From NCBI GenBank assembly GCA_050250895.1, contig JBFWNU010000001.1:1096008-1160007 (forward strand): DNA of 64,000 nucleotides. The letters are read 5' to 3'. Source of the DNA: Vulcanimicrobiota bacterium (GTDB taxonomy: Bacteria; Vulcanimicrobiota; Xenobia; Xenobiales; JADMJV01). Under the pieces are notes generated by a model. It saw only the letters and a list, made by a program, of their open reading frames with translations. It was not told the origin of the DNA and ran no database searches. This document shows, one piece after another, positions 38,399-48,555 of this stretch (within the stretch, counting starts at the first letter, position 1; the number at the start of each line of letters is the position of its first letter). The position numbers were made by a program, and so were the translations under genes.

Positions 38399-40480
38399 TT
38401 AGTCCACAATCTCGCCCGCAAACAAGCCGGACGCCCTTCTCACCAATTCGTCATGCTCTTCATCGTTGGAGCGCACGGTCTTGGCACCATCAACCCGACA
38501 CTCCACCCGCACTCTACGTCCCAAGGTGCTGGCTGCCAAGCCTTCCAACACACTGCGAGACTTCAGAATCGTGTCTCGATGCCAGTCGTAGCCGTCAGGC
38601 AGTCCCAACACGACCTCTTCTTCGCCCAACTCGGTGACCTTGGCGTCAGCCAACACAGCGTGCAGTCGCATGTCGTGGTCTCGGACTGCATTCATCAGAC
38701 CCATCCAGAACTCTTTCTTGCCTGGCGCCCGACCATCCGAGCCACGGCTGGGCTCGACCCGACGAAGCCCCGCCGCCTCTGGCTCTCGTTTGCGCTGAGG
38801 CGACTCCGGCCGCTGAGGAGTGCTCGCCTGCCGCGACTCCGGCCGCTCGCCTGAATGAGGAACTCTCTCGTGCCCAGCCTCGGGCCGCTCGCTTCGCTGA
38901 GGCGCTCGTTCCAGAGAGGGTTCGGGCCGCTCAGGCGCTCTCTCCTGGCGCTCCGCTCGCCGAGGCTCTTGGACAGCCTCGGGCCGCTCCTCCCGCTGAG
39001 GATTTCTGCCTTGGAAAGCCTCGGGTCGCTCACCTCGCTCAGGCATCGCTTCGCGCGAAGGCTCCGGCCTCTTCTCCGACTGAGGCGCTCTTTCCGGGGG
39101 AGGCTCCGGCCTCTTCTCCGGCTGAGGCGCTCTTGCCGGCGAAGGCTCCGGCCTCTTCTCCGACTGAGGCGCTCTTTCCAGGGGAGGCTCCGGCCTCTTC
39201 TCCGGCTGAGGCGCTCTTGCCGGGGGAGGCTCCGGCCTCTTCTCCGGCTGAGGCGCTCTTTCCGGGGGAGGCTCCGGCCTCTTCTCCGGCCGGTCCCGCA
39301 CCGGCACGTCTACCGTCTTCTGACTCCCATTCGCCATGCGCTCTTCCAGGGCGGAGATGCGGGCCTCGAGGCCGTTTAGTCCTGGCTCGGCCGAGGGGGT
39401 AGCCAGCCGAACCAGGGTCAACTCCCATAAAAGCTTGGCCTGGCGGCCTTCTCTCACTTCGGCCGAAAGCTCCATTCCGGCTCGAATCCAGTGCATCAGG
39501 TCAACCAGAGAGACGGCGCTGGCCAATCTTTCCAAACTCTCGCGCTCCTCGACCGCCATCTGCTCGAAGGTGCTATCGGGAGCCTTCACCTTGACCAGCA
39601 TCACCAGGCGCAAATGCTCGAGAAAGGCAGAAGCCAGTCGCTTCAAATCGCGCCCCTGAGCGTTAAGCTCGTGCAAGAGCATCAGCAGACCGCCGGCTTC
39701 GCGAGCCCTGAGAGCCATCACCAGACGCTCCATCACCTGATAGCCGACGGTCCCCAGCAGTTCGAGCACCGGCTCGAGTTCGACCCGTTCTCCACAGAAC
39801 GTCACCGCCTGCTCGAAGAGCACCAGGGCGTCGCGCAGCGAACCATCGGCGGCTCGGGCCAACTGGTCACCGGCCTCACTCGCCAGTTCGACCCCTTCGC
39901 TCTCGGCGATTAAGGCCAGCCGCGCTCGGATCTCGGCCACCGAAAGCGGTCGAAAGTCATAGCGTTGGCAGCGCGAGAGAATGGTCGGCGGCAACTCGTG
40001 TGGATGAGTCGTGGCCAGAATGAAGACCACGTGCGAGGGGGGCTCTTCGAGGGTCTTCAAAAGCGCATTGAACGAAGAGGCCGAGAGCTTGTGGACCTCG
40101 TCGATGATATAGACTTTGACCCGAGCCGTGACCGGGGCGAAGTGAACCTTGTCGACAATGAAGTCACGAATCTTGTCGACCTGGGTGTGAGAGGCCGCAT
40201 CGATCTCGAAGACATCGAGACTATTGCCCGAGGCGATGGAACGGCACTGATCGCACTCGTTGCAGGGCTCAAGACCCGGACCATTCTCGCAGTTGAGTGC
40301 CTTGGCGAAGATGCGGGCGCTGCTGGTCTTGCCGGTGCCGCGCGGACCACAGAAAAGATAAGCCCTGGCGGGAGAGTCGCTGAGAAGAACATTCTGCAGG
40401 GTGCGAACCACCGACTCCTGGCCCACCAGGTCCTGGAAGCGCTGAGAGCGCCATTTCCTAAACAGAGAAACGCTGGGCAT
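38399..40480 (-). CDS. dnaX: DNA polymerase III subunit gamma/tau
   Basis: GPRGTGKTS, C4 zinc motif, IIDEVH, SRC; long Pro/Glu/Arg repeat linker. Confidence 0.96.
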   Translation of the reverse strand: MPSVSLFRKWRSQRFQDLVGQESVVRTLQNVLLSDSPARAYLFCGPRGTGKTSSARIFAKALNCENGPGLEPCNECDQCRSIASGNSLDVFEIDAASHTQVDKIRDFIVDKVHFAPVTARVKVYIIDEVHKLSASSFNALLKTLEEPPSHVVFILATTHPHELPPTILSRCQRYDFRPLSVAEIRARLALIAESEGVELASEAGDQLARAADGSLRDALVLFEQAVTFCGERVELEPVLELLGTVGYQVMERLVMALRAREAGGLLMLLHELNAQGRDLKRLASAFLEHLRLVMLVKVKAPDSTFEQMAVEERESLERLASAVSLVDLMHWIRAGMELSAEVREGRQAKLLWELTLVRLATPSAEPGLNGLEARISALEERMANGSQKTVDVPVRDRPEKRPEPPPERAPQPEKRPEPPPARAPQPEKRPEPPLERAPQSEKRPEPSPARAPQPEKRPEPPPERAPQSEKRPEPSREAMPERGERPEAFQGRNPQREERPEAVQEPRRAERQERAPERPEPSLERAPQRSERPEAGHERVPHSGERPESRQASTPQRPESPQRKREPEAAGLRRVEPSRGSDGRAPGKKEFWMGLMNAVRDHDMRLHAVLADAKVTELGEEEVVLGLPDGYDWHRDTILKSRSVLEGLAASTLGRRVRVECRVDGAKTVRSNDEEHDELVRRASGLFAGEIVD
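39061..39290 (-). repeat. 42-bp coding tandem repeat in dnaX (PEKRPEPPPERAPQ), about 5.5 copies
   Basis: GCTCCGGCCTCTTCTCCG recurs at 39061, 39103, 39145, 39187, 39229 and 39271; degenerate copies extend to about 38800. Confidence 0.95.
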
Positions 40481-40543
40481 GCGGTCGCGCTTTACTACCA
40501 CCCCGAAGGATTCGATCCCTGCCCTGGACTGGACTCCCTGGGC

Positions 40544-41440
40544 CTACAACACTCCGAGGGACGGTCGCGCTTCAACCCGCTCGCCGAGGTAGATCAAGAG
40601 TTCCACCAATCGTTCCAGCTCCTGGGTCGAGGCATAGTTCAACTCGATCTTGCCCTTGCCCCGAGAGCCAGGTCGGATATGCACATGAGTGCCCAGCTGG
40701 CGGGTGAGGTGGTCCTGAATCTCCATCCAATCGGGCGACAGCTTCGCCTGCCTGGCCAGGGATGACTTCTTGGCTTCTTCCTGGAGGTCACGAACCAGCT
40801 TCTCGGTTTGGCGAACCGATAGGGCTCGCTGCGTGATCATTGCCCACACTCGCATCTGCTGACTCTCGCTATCTAGACCGAGCAACGCCCGGGCATGGCC
40901 GGCCGAAAGGTCGCCGGACTCCACTTCACGACGAATCGGGTCAGGCAGCGCCAGCAGACGCAGGGTATTGGAAATGGCCGGTCGGCTCCGCCCCAGACGC
41001 GTAGAAAGTTGATCCTGGGTCAACTTATGCTCGCTGAGCAGGTAGGAGTAAGCCCGTGCCTCTTCGATAGGATTGAGGTCCTCACGCTGGATGTTCTCGA
41101 TGAGCGCCACCTCGAGCAGCTCGACGTCGGCCATCTCGCGAACGATGGCCGGGATAGCCTCGAGCCCCGCTAGCCGAGCGGCGCGACAGCGTCGTTCGCC
41201 CACTACCAAACGGTATCCGTCAGCCTCACGGGTACAGACCACCGGCTGGACCACCCCGTGTTCCCGAATGGACTCCGCCAACTCTTCGAGCTTCTCCTGA
41301 TCGAAGCTCTGGCGGGGCTGCAGAGGATTGGCGCGGATCTCCGCCAGGGGTAGATCCAGGATCGACTGGGCGTTGGTGGGGACCTTATGGCTATCCGACA
41401 AGAGCGCGGACAGGCCTCTTCCGAGTGCTTTCTTTTTCAC
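40544..41440 (-). CDS. parB: chromosome partitioning protein ParB/Spo0J
   Basis: KKALGRGLSALL, VVGERR.RA, ENIQREDLNPIEEA motifs; HTH. Confidence 0.96.
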   Translation of the reverse strand: MKKKALGRGLSALLSDSHKVPTNAQSILDLPLAEIRANPLQPRQSFDQEKLEELAESIREHGVVQPVVCTREADGYRLVVGERRCRAARLAGLEAIPAIVREMADVELLEVALIENIQREDLNPIEEARAYSYLLSEHKLTQDQLSTRLGRSRPAISNTLRLLALPDPIRREVESGDLSAGHARALLGLDSESQQMRVWAMITQRALSVRQTEKLVRDLQEEAKKSSLARQAKLSPDWMEIQDHLTRQLGTHVHIRPGSRGKGKIELNYASTQELERLVELLIYLGERVEARPSLGVL

Positions 41441-42194
41441 GGGCTAGAACCTCCTTGGCCAAACTAAGATAGTGAGTAGCACCTGCCGAGCGGCGGTCGT
41501 AAGCTAAGATCGACTGACCAAAACTGGGCGCCTCGGCCAACTTGACGTTGCGCGGAATCACGGTTTTGAATACGGTAGACCCGAAGTGGCCTCGCACCTC
41601 GGCCGCTACCTGGTCAGACAAATTGAGACGGGCGTCATGAAGCGTGAGCAGGACCCCAAAAATCGACAGACCGGGGTTGAGGTGAGACCGAACCATCTCG
41701 ATCACCTCGAGCAACTGGGTGATCCCCTCGAGCGCATAAAACTCGCATTGGATCGGCACCAGCAAGCCGTCCGCAGCGGTGAGAGCGTTCATGGTCAAAA
41801 GACCCAGCGAGGGGGGACAGTCGACTAGAACAAAGTCATAGTCATCGACCACCGGTTCGAGCAAACGCTGCAGCCGGGTCTCGCGAGAGACAGCGGATAC
41901 CATCTCTATCTCGGCCGCCGCCAACCGCAGAGTGGCTGGCACGAGCCAGAGACTGGACTGCTCGGTGGTCTGAATCAGCTCGGCCACAGCCGAGCCCTTG
42001 CACAGACCATCATAGATGCACCCTTCCAGCGCGCTCTTATCGACCCCGAGCCCACTGGTGGTGTTGCCCTGGGGATCGGCATCCACCAACAGCACTTTTT
42101 TGCGCTTCTGGGCCAGGGCGGCGCCGAGATTCACGGCCGTCGTCGACTTTCCGACGCCCCCCTTCTGGTTGGTGATTGCAAGTATCCTGGCCAT
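41391..42194 (-). CDS. parA: chromosome partitioning ATPase ParA/Soj
   Basis: NQKGGVGKST, DPQGN, DCPPSLG and IPRNVKLAEAPS motifs. Confidence 0.96.
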   Translation of the reverse strand: MARILAITNQKGGVGKSTTAVNLGAALAQKRKKVLLVDADPQGNTTSGLGVDKSALEGCIYDGLCKGSAVAELIQTTEQSSLWLVPATLRLAAAEIEMVSAVSRETRLQRLLEPVVDDYDFVLVDCPPSLGLLTMNALTAADGLLVPIQCEFYALEGITQLLEVIEMVRSHLNPGLSIFGVLLTLHDARLNLSDQVAAEVRGHFGSTVFKTVIPRNVKLAEAPSFGQSILAYDRRSAGATHYLSLAKEVLAREKESTRKRPVRALVG

Positions 42195-42238
42195 AGCATG
42201 CCTACCCATCTGGAATGAAATTCAGTGAAACTTGAAGA

Positions 42239-42254
42239 TGTTTCACGTGAAACA
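42239..42254. promoter_or_regulatory. parS centromere site
   Basis: Perfect palindrome TGTTTCACGTGAAACA immediately upstream of parA. Confidence 0.95.
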
Positions 42255-42286
42255 TTCTCCTGGCCCCACAAGATTACCTTCAACCG

Positions 42287-42991
42287 TCAGATCAGAGGGT
42301 GCTTGGCCGGTTGCCCCGGACGTCGAGGGTAACGATCCGGACTGGGTCCCGTCTTGCGTACCTCGACCAGGCAGTAGCTTTTGTCGAAAAGGCTATACTC
42401 CCGAACCACCCGCACCTCGCCCGATAGAAGTTGCAGGGCGCGGGCCGCCTCCTGAATTTCCTGAGCAGCCCGGGGTCCTTTATAAGCTAGTAAGAGGCCA
42501 TCTTTCTTCAACAAAGGGATGCCCAACTCGATCAAAGTAGCCAGACTGGCTACCGCTTTGGCCGTCACCACCTCGAAGGCGCCTCGATAACTCCGGTCAT
42601 GAGCCACTTCTTCCGAGCGACCCTGGAGCACTACCACGTTGGCCAAAGACAACTCTTCGATGACCTCTCGCAAAAAGATACACTTCTTGCCGTTAGCTTC
42701 CAGCAGGGTCAGATCGAGATCCGGACGGAATACCGCCAGCGGGACCCCGGGCACCCCACCACCCGAACCCAGGTCCACCACCCGAGCGCCCGGTGGAAAG
42801 CAACCCTCGCCCGCCAGAGAATCGACGACCAACTCCCTGGCCATGGCCGCCTCCTCGCGCAGGGCGGTCACCCCGGCCCGCCGACCGATGTCGGCTACCA
42901 ATTCCAGATAACGAACCAGACGAGCCAGGGTCTGCCCATCGAAGCTGAGAGCTAACTGCTCTAGACCTTCCTCGAGAGCTTGCCTAAACAC
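42287..42991 (-). CDS. rsmG: 16S rRNA m7G527 methyltransferase
   Basis: [10 protein letters not shown] and YPRRPG.P motifs; follows mnmG. Confidence 0.94.
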   Translation of the reverse strand: MFRQALEEGLEQLALSFDGQTLARLVRYLELVADIGRRAGVTALREEAAMARELVVDSLAGEGCFPPGARVVDLGSGGGVPGVPLAVFRPDLDLTLLEANGKKCIFLREVIEELSLANVVVLQGRSEEVAHDRSYRGAFEVVTAKAVASLATLIELGIPLLKKDGLLLAYKGPRAAQEIQEAARALQLLSGEVRVVREYSLFDKSYCLVEVRKTGPSPDRYPRRPGQPAKHPLI

Positions 42992-44867
42992 CGGCAGCGC
43001 GGCGATGCTCGCCCTGCTTGAGATAGATCAGTAGAGCGGAAATGTCCGAGGCCGACACGCCCGGAATCCTAGAAGCCTGCCCCACCGTGCGAGGTCGCTG
43101 CTTTTCGAGCTTCTCCCGCCCCTCCGAAGAGATGGCTTTGAGGTCAATATAGGCGAAATCGGCCGGAATGACCTTGTTCTCCATCTTGCGAAACTGGGCC
43201 ACATCCTGGGCCTGCCGTTCGAGATAGCCTTCATACTTAATCTGAATCTCGACCTGTTCGGCCACCCTGGGCGCCAACGGCTCGAGCTTCTCGAACTCGC
43301 GCAGGCTGGCCAACTCCACCCTGGGGCGGCGCAGAATATCCTTGAAAGTCAGGCCGGGACGCACCGGCTCACTGAGGTGGTCGGCCAGGCCGTCGGCCTC
43401 GGCTCCGGCTACTCGGCGTTGGTCAAGACGCCGCAACTCGTCCTCAATGGCCTGTTGCTTGGCTTCGAAGATGGCCCACCTGGCGGCGTCGACCACCCCA
43501 ACCCGGCGACCGAGAGGAGTGAGCCGCAAATCGGCGTTGTCCTGGCGCAAGAGCAATCGGTATTCTGAGCGACTCGTATGCATGCGGTAAGGCTCGGCGG
43601 TACCGCGGCTCACCAGGTCGTCGACCAACACGCCCAGGTAACCTTGATCGCGACCGATCTCGATGGCCTCGCCTCCGCCACCGGTCAACCCGGCGTTGAT
43701 GCCGGCCAGAAGTCCCTGAGCGGCCGCCTCTTCGTAGCCCGAGGTACCGTTGATCTGGCCGGCCAGGAAAAGGCCCGGAAGCACCTTGACCTGCAAGCCG
43801 TGATCGAGCTGGGTCGGATCGACGAAATCATACTCGACCGCGTAACCGGGCCGTAGGATTTCAGCCCGTTCCAATCCTGGAATGGTTCTCACCAACTCGG
43901 TCTGCACGTCCAGGGGCAGACTGGTCGAGACCCCCTGAAGATAGACTTCGGGCACCTCGAAACCTTCAGGTTCGACAAACACCTGATGGGTGTCGCGGTC
44001 AGGAAATCGGACCATCTTGTCCTCGATAGAAGGGCAGTAGCGAGGTCCCGTGCCCTCGATCACCCCGGCGTACATCGGTGAACGGTGAAGGTTGGCCAGA
44101 ATCACCTCGCGGGTGGCCGGGGTCGTCGCGGTCAGATAGCAACTCAACTGGCGCTCCGGCCTGACCAGTTCGGACATTTCGCTGAATACGAGCGGAATAT
44201 CCGAAGGCGGCTGCTCGGTCATGCGATCCCAGTCGATGGAGTCCCGATGAATCCGAGGAGTCGTGCCGGTTTTGAGCCGTCCCAATCGCAATCCAAAGTC
44301 GGACAGGGAATTGCTCAGGCCAAGGGCAGCCGGCTCACCCGAGCGCCCGCCCGCAAACGAGACCTCGCCCATGTGGATCTTGCCACCCAGAAAGGTGCCG
44401 GTGGTCAAGACCACCGACGCGCCCCGGTACTCGATTCCCGAAGCAGCGCGCACTCCGATGACTCGACCCTTACGCAGCAGTAGATCCACCACCAAATCCT
44501 GGACCAATTGAATCCTGGATTCAGATTGGACACACTCGGCCATGGCGGCGGAATAGACGGGGCGATCGGCCTGGGCTCGCAAGGCGTGGACAGCCGGCCC
44601 CTTGCGGGTGTTGAGCATCCGGATATGGATGTGGGTTCGGTCGATGACCCGTCCCATCTCGCCGCCGAGCGCGTCTACCTCCTTCACCAGCTGAGCCTTG
44701 GCGGGGCCGCCGATGGAGGGGTTACAGGGCATGCGGGCCACCTGAGAGAGGCTGGCCGTCAGCATGACCACCTGACAGCCCATGCGGGCCGCCGCCAACC
44801 CCGCCTCACAGCCGGCATGGCCCGCACCCACTACCACTACATCCGTCTTGACAACCATGTCGCTCAC
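42984..44867 (-). CDS. mnmG: tRNA uridine-5-carboxymethylaminomethyl modification enzyme
   Basis: [29 protein letters not shown] and [16 protein letters not shown] motifs; alternative ATG start at 44858. Confidence 0.97.
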   Translation of the reverse strand: MSDMVVKTDVVVVGAGHAGCEAGLAAARMGCQVVMLTASLSQVARMPCNPSIGGPAKAQLVKEVDALGGEMGRVIDRTHIHIRMLNTRKGPAVHALRAQADRPVYSAAMAECVQSESRIQLVQDLVVDLLLRKGRVIGVRAASGIEYRGASVVLTTGTFLGGKIHMGEVSFAGGRSGEPAALGLSNSLSDFGLRLGRLKTGTTPRIHRDSIDWDRMTEQPPSDIPLVFSEMSELVRPERQLSCYLTATTPATREVILANLHRSPMYAGVIEGTGPRYCPSIEDKMVRFPDRDTHQVFVEPEGFEVPEVYLQGVSTSLPLDVQTELVRTIPGLERAEILRPGYAVEYDFVDPTQLDHGLQVKVLPGLFLAGQINGTSGYEEAAAQGLLAGINAGLTGGGGEAIEIGRDQGYLGVLVDDLVSRGTAEPYRMHTSRSEYRLLLRQDNADLRLTPLGRRVGVVDAARWAIFEAKQQAIEDELRRLDQRRVAGAEADGLADHLSEPVRPGLTFKDILRRPRVELASLREFEKLEPLAPRVAEQVEIQIKYEGYLERQAQDVAQFRKMENKVIPADFAYIDLKAISSEGREKLEKQRPRTVGQASRIPGVSASDISALLIYLKQGEHRRAAGV

Positions 44868-46237
44868 TTTCCCAGACAAAAGGTCGAGAAGATGCGATCG
44901 AGCACCTCTTCGGAGACGTCGATGCCCACGATCTCGCCCAGGGCCCCGGCCGCAGCGCGCAAATCCAAACAGAGAAACTCGCCGCTCAAGCCGTCATCCA
45001 CCGCCAGAGCCACTCGCTCCAGGCTCTCGCGAGCTCGAACCAGGGCCTGGTAATGCCTCTGATTGACACTAAAGCACTCCACCTGCTGCCCCGTCAAGAC
45101 GCGAGCCTTCTCGACCAGGGCCGCCTCGACCCCGGCAGCCCCCTGTCGCAACAAACTGGCTTCGAGGACTACCGCCCGAGGATATTGGGTCCGAATTTCG
45201 TCAGCCTGGATACGGGCCCCCAGGTCCTGTTTGTTGAGAACGATCAACCACTCGGCGGGACCCATGGCCAGCACCTCCAGGGCCAACTCCTGGGGCCACT
45301 CCTGATGACAATCCACCACCAGGATACCGAGATCGGCCTCGTGCAAAGCCTGGCGCGAGCGTTCCATCCCGAGTTGCTCAACCAGATCCATGGTACAATC
45401 GCGCAAGCCGGCGGTATCGCTGAGATTCAAGCGCATACCGGAGAGCACGACCGAATGCTCGAGGCGATCCCGGGTAGTCCCCGGGATGTCGGTCACCAGC
45501 GCCCGGTCTTCCCCCAGCAAAGCGTTGAGCAAAGTGGACTTGCCAGCGTTAGGAGGCCCCACCAGGACCACCTCCACTCCGCGGTGGGTGAGCCGCCCCA
45601 CCTCGGCCTGGGCAATCAACTGCGCAACCCGATGCTGCAACTCTTGTAAACGCTGGCGATTCTCCTGGGGAGTGAGTTCAGGCACTTCATCGCCAAAGTC
45701 TATTTCGGCCTCGAGCAGCGACATCCAGTTCAAAACATCCTGGCGCAAACCACCTACCAACTCCGAGAGCCGGCCCAGGAGATTGCCCGAGGCCAGCCGC
45801 AAACTGGCTCGGCTACGACTCTCGATGACTTCAGCCACCGATTCCGCCTGGGCCAGGTCCAGTCTCCCATTGAGAAAGGCCCGCTGGGTGAACTCGCCCG
45901 GCGCAGCTAGCCTGGCGCCCCCCGCCAGACAGAGGCGAAGAACCTCTTCGCAGATCAGGCTGCCCCCATGGGTGTGGAATTCGACCACATCCTCGCAAGT
46001 GTAGGAGCGCGGAGCCTGCATGAACACGGCCAGAGCCTCGTCGACCGGTCGACCCCCCGCCGGGTCGACGACCCGTCCGAAAACCATCTTGTGACTCTCG
46101 AACTCGGCCTGCCTGACGTAGGGAGCAAATAGCAAATGCAAAAGGCCGCGCGCGCGCGGCCCTGAGACTCGGACGATGGCCACCCCTCCCAACCCGGGGG
46201 GCGTGGCCACAGCTACAATGGTGTCAGTCGGCGTCAC
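44864..46237 (-). CDS. mnmE: tRNA modification GTPase
   Basis: [27 protein letters not shown] and C-terminal FCLGK. Confidence 0.97.
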   Translation of the reverse strand: MTPTDTIVAVATPPGLGGVAIVRVSGPRARGLLHLLFAPYVRQAEFESHKMVFGRVVDPAGGRPVDEALAVFMQAPRSYTCEDVVEFHTHGGSLICEEVLRLCLAGGARLAAPGEFTQRAFLNGRLDLAQAESVAEVIESRSRASLRLASGNLLGRLSELVGGLRQDVLNWMSLLEAEIDFGDEVPELTPQENRQRLQELQHRVAQLIAQAEVGRLTHRGVEVVLVGPPNAGKSTLLNALLGEDRALVTDIPGTTRDRLEHSVVLSGMRLNLSDTAGLRDCTMDLVEQLGMERSRQALHEADLGILVVDCHQEWPQELALEVLAMGPAEWLIVLNKQDLGARIQADEIRTQYPRAVVLEASLLRQGAAGVEAALVEKARVLTGQQVECFSVNQRHYQALVRARESLERVALAVDDGLSGEFLCLDLRAAAGALGEIVGIDVSEEVLDRIFSTFCLGK

Positions 46238-46739
46238 CTGGCGCCACCACCACACACCGATCGGGGTCTTCCCCCTCCGAATAGGTGCGCACGTCATAAC
46301 GGTCGGCCAAAGCCAGATGGATTACGCGCCGGTCCCCCGCAGCCATCGGTGAGAGCACCACCTCACGACCCTCGCGTTGGACACGGTCCGCGCTTCGTCG
46401 GGCCAGATCCCTCAACTGCTTCTCGCGGCGGTCTCGGTAGCCTTCGACATCCACCACCACCCGGTAATCCACCAGCTTCTTGCGGGCGTTGATCACCCCG
46501 ACCAGAAACTGCAGGGCGTCCAGGGTCGAGCCATGGCGGCCGATGAGCACGCCCATGTCGGCTCCCTCGATATGATAGCGAACGTGATCCTCACGCTCCT
46601 CGAACTCGATATCGACGTCTAGTCCAAAATAGTCAAGAATGTCAAAAAGAAGTTCGGCAACAGGATCCTCATCGTCACCCTCTTCCCATTCATCGTCACT
46701 GTCGACATCGCGGTCGCTCACGGTCTTTTCCTTTGTCAT
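46224..46739 (-). CDS. jag: Jag/KhpB (KH + R3H) RNA-binding protein lacking the Jag_N domain
   Basis: LIGRHGSTLDALQ (KH) and RRVIH...SEGEDPDR (R3H). Confidence 0.92.
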   Translation of the reverse strand: MTKEKTVSDRDVDSDDEWEEGDDEDPVAELLFDILDYFGLDVDIEFEEREDHVRYHIEGADMGVLIGRHGSTLDALQFLVGVINARKKLVDYRVVVDVEGYRDRREKQLRDLARRSADRVQREGREVVLSPMAAGDRRVIHLALADRYDVRTYSEGEDPDRCVVVAPGDAD

Positions 46740-46801
46740 GCTACCCCTCTCTCCAGCTTCCCGCTGTCAAAATTCCTATCCCCACCCGGGAATCCCTCCC
46801 G

Positions 46802-47482
46802 TCAAGCCGCGGCGCTCTGCTGCGATTCCTCATCGGGGGTACGCATGATGATCCCCTGCTGAATAATAGTGAGGAAACTGAACACGCTGAAATACAGGAT
46901 GAGAGCACAAGGCCACTTGTAAGTCCACATCATCACGGTGAACATCACACTCATGACGAGGCCCAGATACTTCTGGCTGCCCTGGCCGCTGGCGGGAGTG
47001 ATCAATTGCGACAAGAGCATGGTCAAGCCATAGAAGATGACCAGCGGCAAATCCCGGTCGGCCAGGCTCGAGGCAAACAGTACGGGGTAAGCGTTCTGCA
47101 ACGGTCCGGGGTGAATCCACAGAAAGTAAGAGTTCGAAAACAGATCGGGCGCACCCATGATGGCTCGCCAGATCGAGAACAGAATCGGCATCTGAATCAG
47201 CATCGGCAAACACCCACTCAGGGGGTTGATACCCCGAGACTGATAAAACTCGGTCTGGGCTTGCATGGCCGCCTCTTTGTCGTGGGCGTACTTCTTCTGC
47301 AGGGCTTCGATCTCTGGCTGGATCTTCTGCATTTGCTTCATCGACTTGTACTGCTGATGGGTCGGGCCGTAGAGCGCGATTTTGATCAAAACGGCAAAAA
47401 GGACCAGCGCCAGACCGTAGCTTCCGGTCAGGACGTTGAGGGTCCCCAACACCTTCATCAGCAGATCAACGATGATTTGCAT
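46802..47482 (-). CDS. yidC: membrane protein insertase YidC (short form)
   Basis: MQKIQPEI and NPLSGCLPMLIQMPI motifs. Confidence 0.93.
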   Translation of the reverse strand: MQIIVDLLMKVLGTLNVLTGSYGLALVLFAVLIKIALYGPTHQQYKSMKQMQKIQPEIEALQKKYAHDKEAAMQAQTEFYQSRGINPLSGCLPMLIQMPILFSIWRAIMGAPDLFSNSYFLWIHPGPLQNAYPVLFASSLADRDLPLVIFYGLTMLLSQLITPASGQGSQKYLGLVMSVMFTVMMWTYKWPCALILYFSVFSFLTIIQQGIIMRTPDEESQQSAAA

Positions 47483-47495
47483 TAACTCGAAACTC

Positions 47496-47681
47496 CTAGT
47501 CGACCGGGTCATGCCCCCCGGCACTAAACGGGTGGCATCGGCAGATTCTTTTAAATCCCCGCCACCCGCCTCTGATCAAACCGTACTTCACGATTGCCTG
47601 TCGCGTATACTCCGAACAAGTCGGGTAGAACCTGCACACTGCCGGCGTCTTGCGGGACACCCATTGATATCCCTCAATCAA
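47496..47681 (-). CDS. yidD: membrane protein insertion efficiency factor
   Basis: CRFYPTCSEY and RICRCHPFS.GG.DPV motifs; start uncertain (TTG overlapping the rnpA stop chosen). Confidence 0.9.
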   Translation of the reverse strand: MIEGYQWVSRKTPAVCRFYPTCSEYTRQAIVKYGLIRGGWRGFKRICRCHPFSAGGHDPVD

Positions 47682-48040
47682 ACGGACGGCGAGCGAGCTG
47701 CCGAGGCCTGATGGTGGTTGCTCTTCTGCAACCGCTTGATCAGGCTCAGAAACGCCGTCCGAAGTTCCTGGAAGGTCGCCTGAGCAGCATCCTTCCTCGC
47801 TACAATGACCAGGTCCCATCGCGAATTGAAATTCTGAACGTTCTCTCGGTAGACCTCTCGAAGCCGCCGCCTTAACTTGTTACGCACCACCGCTTTGCCT
47901 AGCTTCTTGCTGACACAGAAACCCACCCGGGGCCCCGGGCGACGCTTGGCTAACGCAAACAAAACAAGCTCCCGACAGGCCACAGACCGTCCGGAGCGGA
48001 AAACGCGATCGAAATCCCTGGAACGCTTTAACGTCTCCAC
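47678..48040 (-). CDS. rnpA: RNase P protein component
   Basis: LKRSRDF and VSKKLGKAVVRNKLRRRLRE (RNR motif). Confidence 0.95.
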   Translation of the reverse strand: METLKRSRDFDRVFRSGRSVACRELVLFALAKRRPGPRVGFCVSKKLGKAVVRNKLRRRLREVYRENVQNFNSRWDLVIVARKDAAQATFQELRTAFLSLIKRLQKSNHHQASAARSPSV

Positions 48041-48042
48041 CG

Positions 48043-48177
48043 CTAGTGGGTAAGACGTTTGCGACCCTTCCTGCGACGCCGCGACAGCACCGCTCGGCCA
48101 CCGGGTGACGACATTCTCTTAAAGAAGCCGTGTTCTTTCTTTCTCTGGCGAACCTTGGGTTGGTAAGTCCTCTTCAT
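48043..48177 (-). CDS. rpmH: 50S ribosomal protein bL34 (not in ORF track)
   Basis: Manual translation [44 protein letters not shown]. Confidence 0.97.
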   Translation of the reverse strand: MKRTYQPKVRQRKKEHGFFKRMSSPGGRAVLSRRRRKGRKRLTH

Positions 48178-48269
48178 AGCACTCCTCCGCCTTGTGGGCT
48201 GGCTCAACAGTATAGGAGCAGCTCAAGACGATGTCAAGGTGGACCTCCGGGCAGGCTCGAACCCGTTTT

Positions 48270-48450
48270 CCCCAATTGGGGATAAGCCTGTGGATAACGA
48301 CATCGCGACGACTAAAGGTCCGGGGTCGAATTTCACGGTTTCCCAAAGAAAACTTGAATTCCCCTCGATCAATTCGAGCTGTGTACAAAACCATCATGAG
48401 GTGTTTTCCACAATTGTCCACAGAGCCTGTGGACATTGTGGATTAGGTTT
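48270..48450. promoter_or_regulatory. oriC part 1 / dnaA promoter DnaA-box cluster
   Basis: TGGGGATAA 48277, TGTGGATAA 48289, TTTTCCACA 48404, TTGTCCACA 48414, TGTGGACAT 48428, TGTGGATTA 48437. Confidence 0.9.
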
Positions 48451-48555
48451 CGGCTAGTTTTCGGTAGGAATCGATTCTGGACCAACCGAAGCGGCTCGGA
48501 CTCCAGTATTTATCCGGTTTCACAAATATATATAGAGACAAGAGGACTCTCCTGA

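Noticed and set aside
39061-39290. CRISPR array
   Set aside because: Contiguous in-frame 42-bp units with no unique spacers, inside dnaX; no cas genes in the window
38399-40480. Programmed frameshift or slippage site producing DnaX gamma
   Set aside because: No A-AAA-AAG or long A-run seen in the linker region
40502-40543. tRNA fragment (GGATTCGATCCC) or SRP RNA upstream of dnaX
   Set aside because: Too short; no cloverleaf and no SRP GGAA/AGCAG motif
42213-42232. Second parS site
   Set aside because: Only one half-site (GTGAAAC) matches; not palindromic
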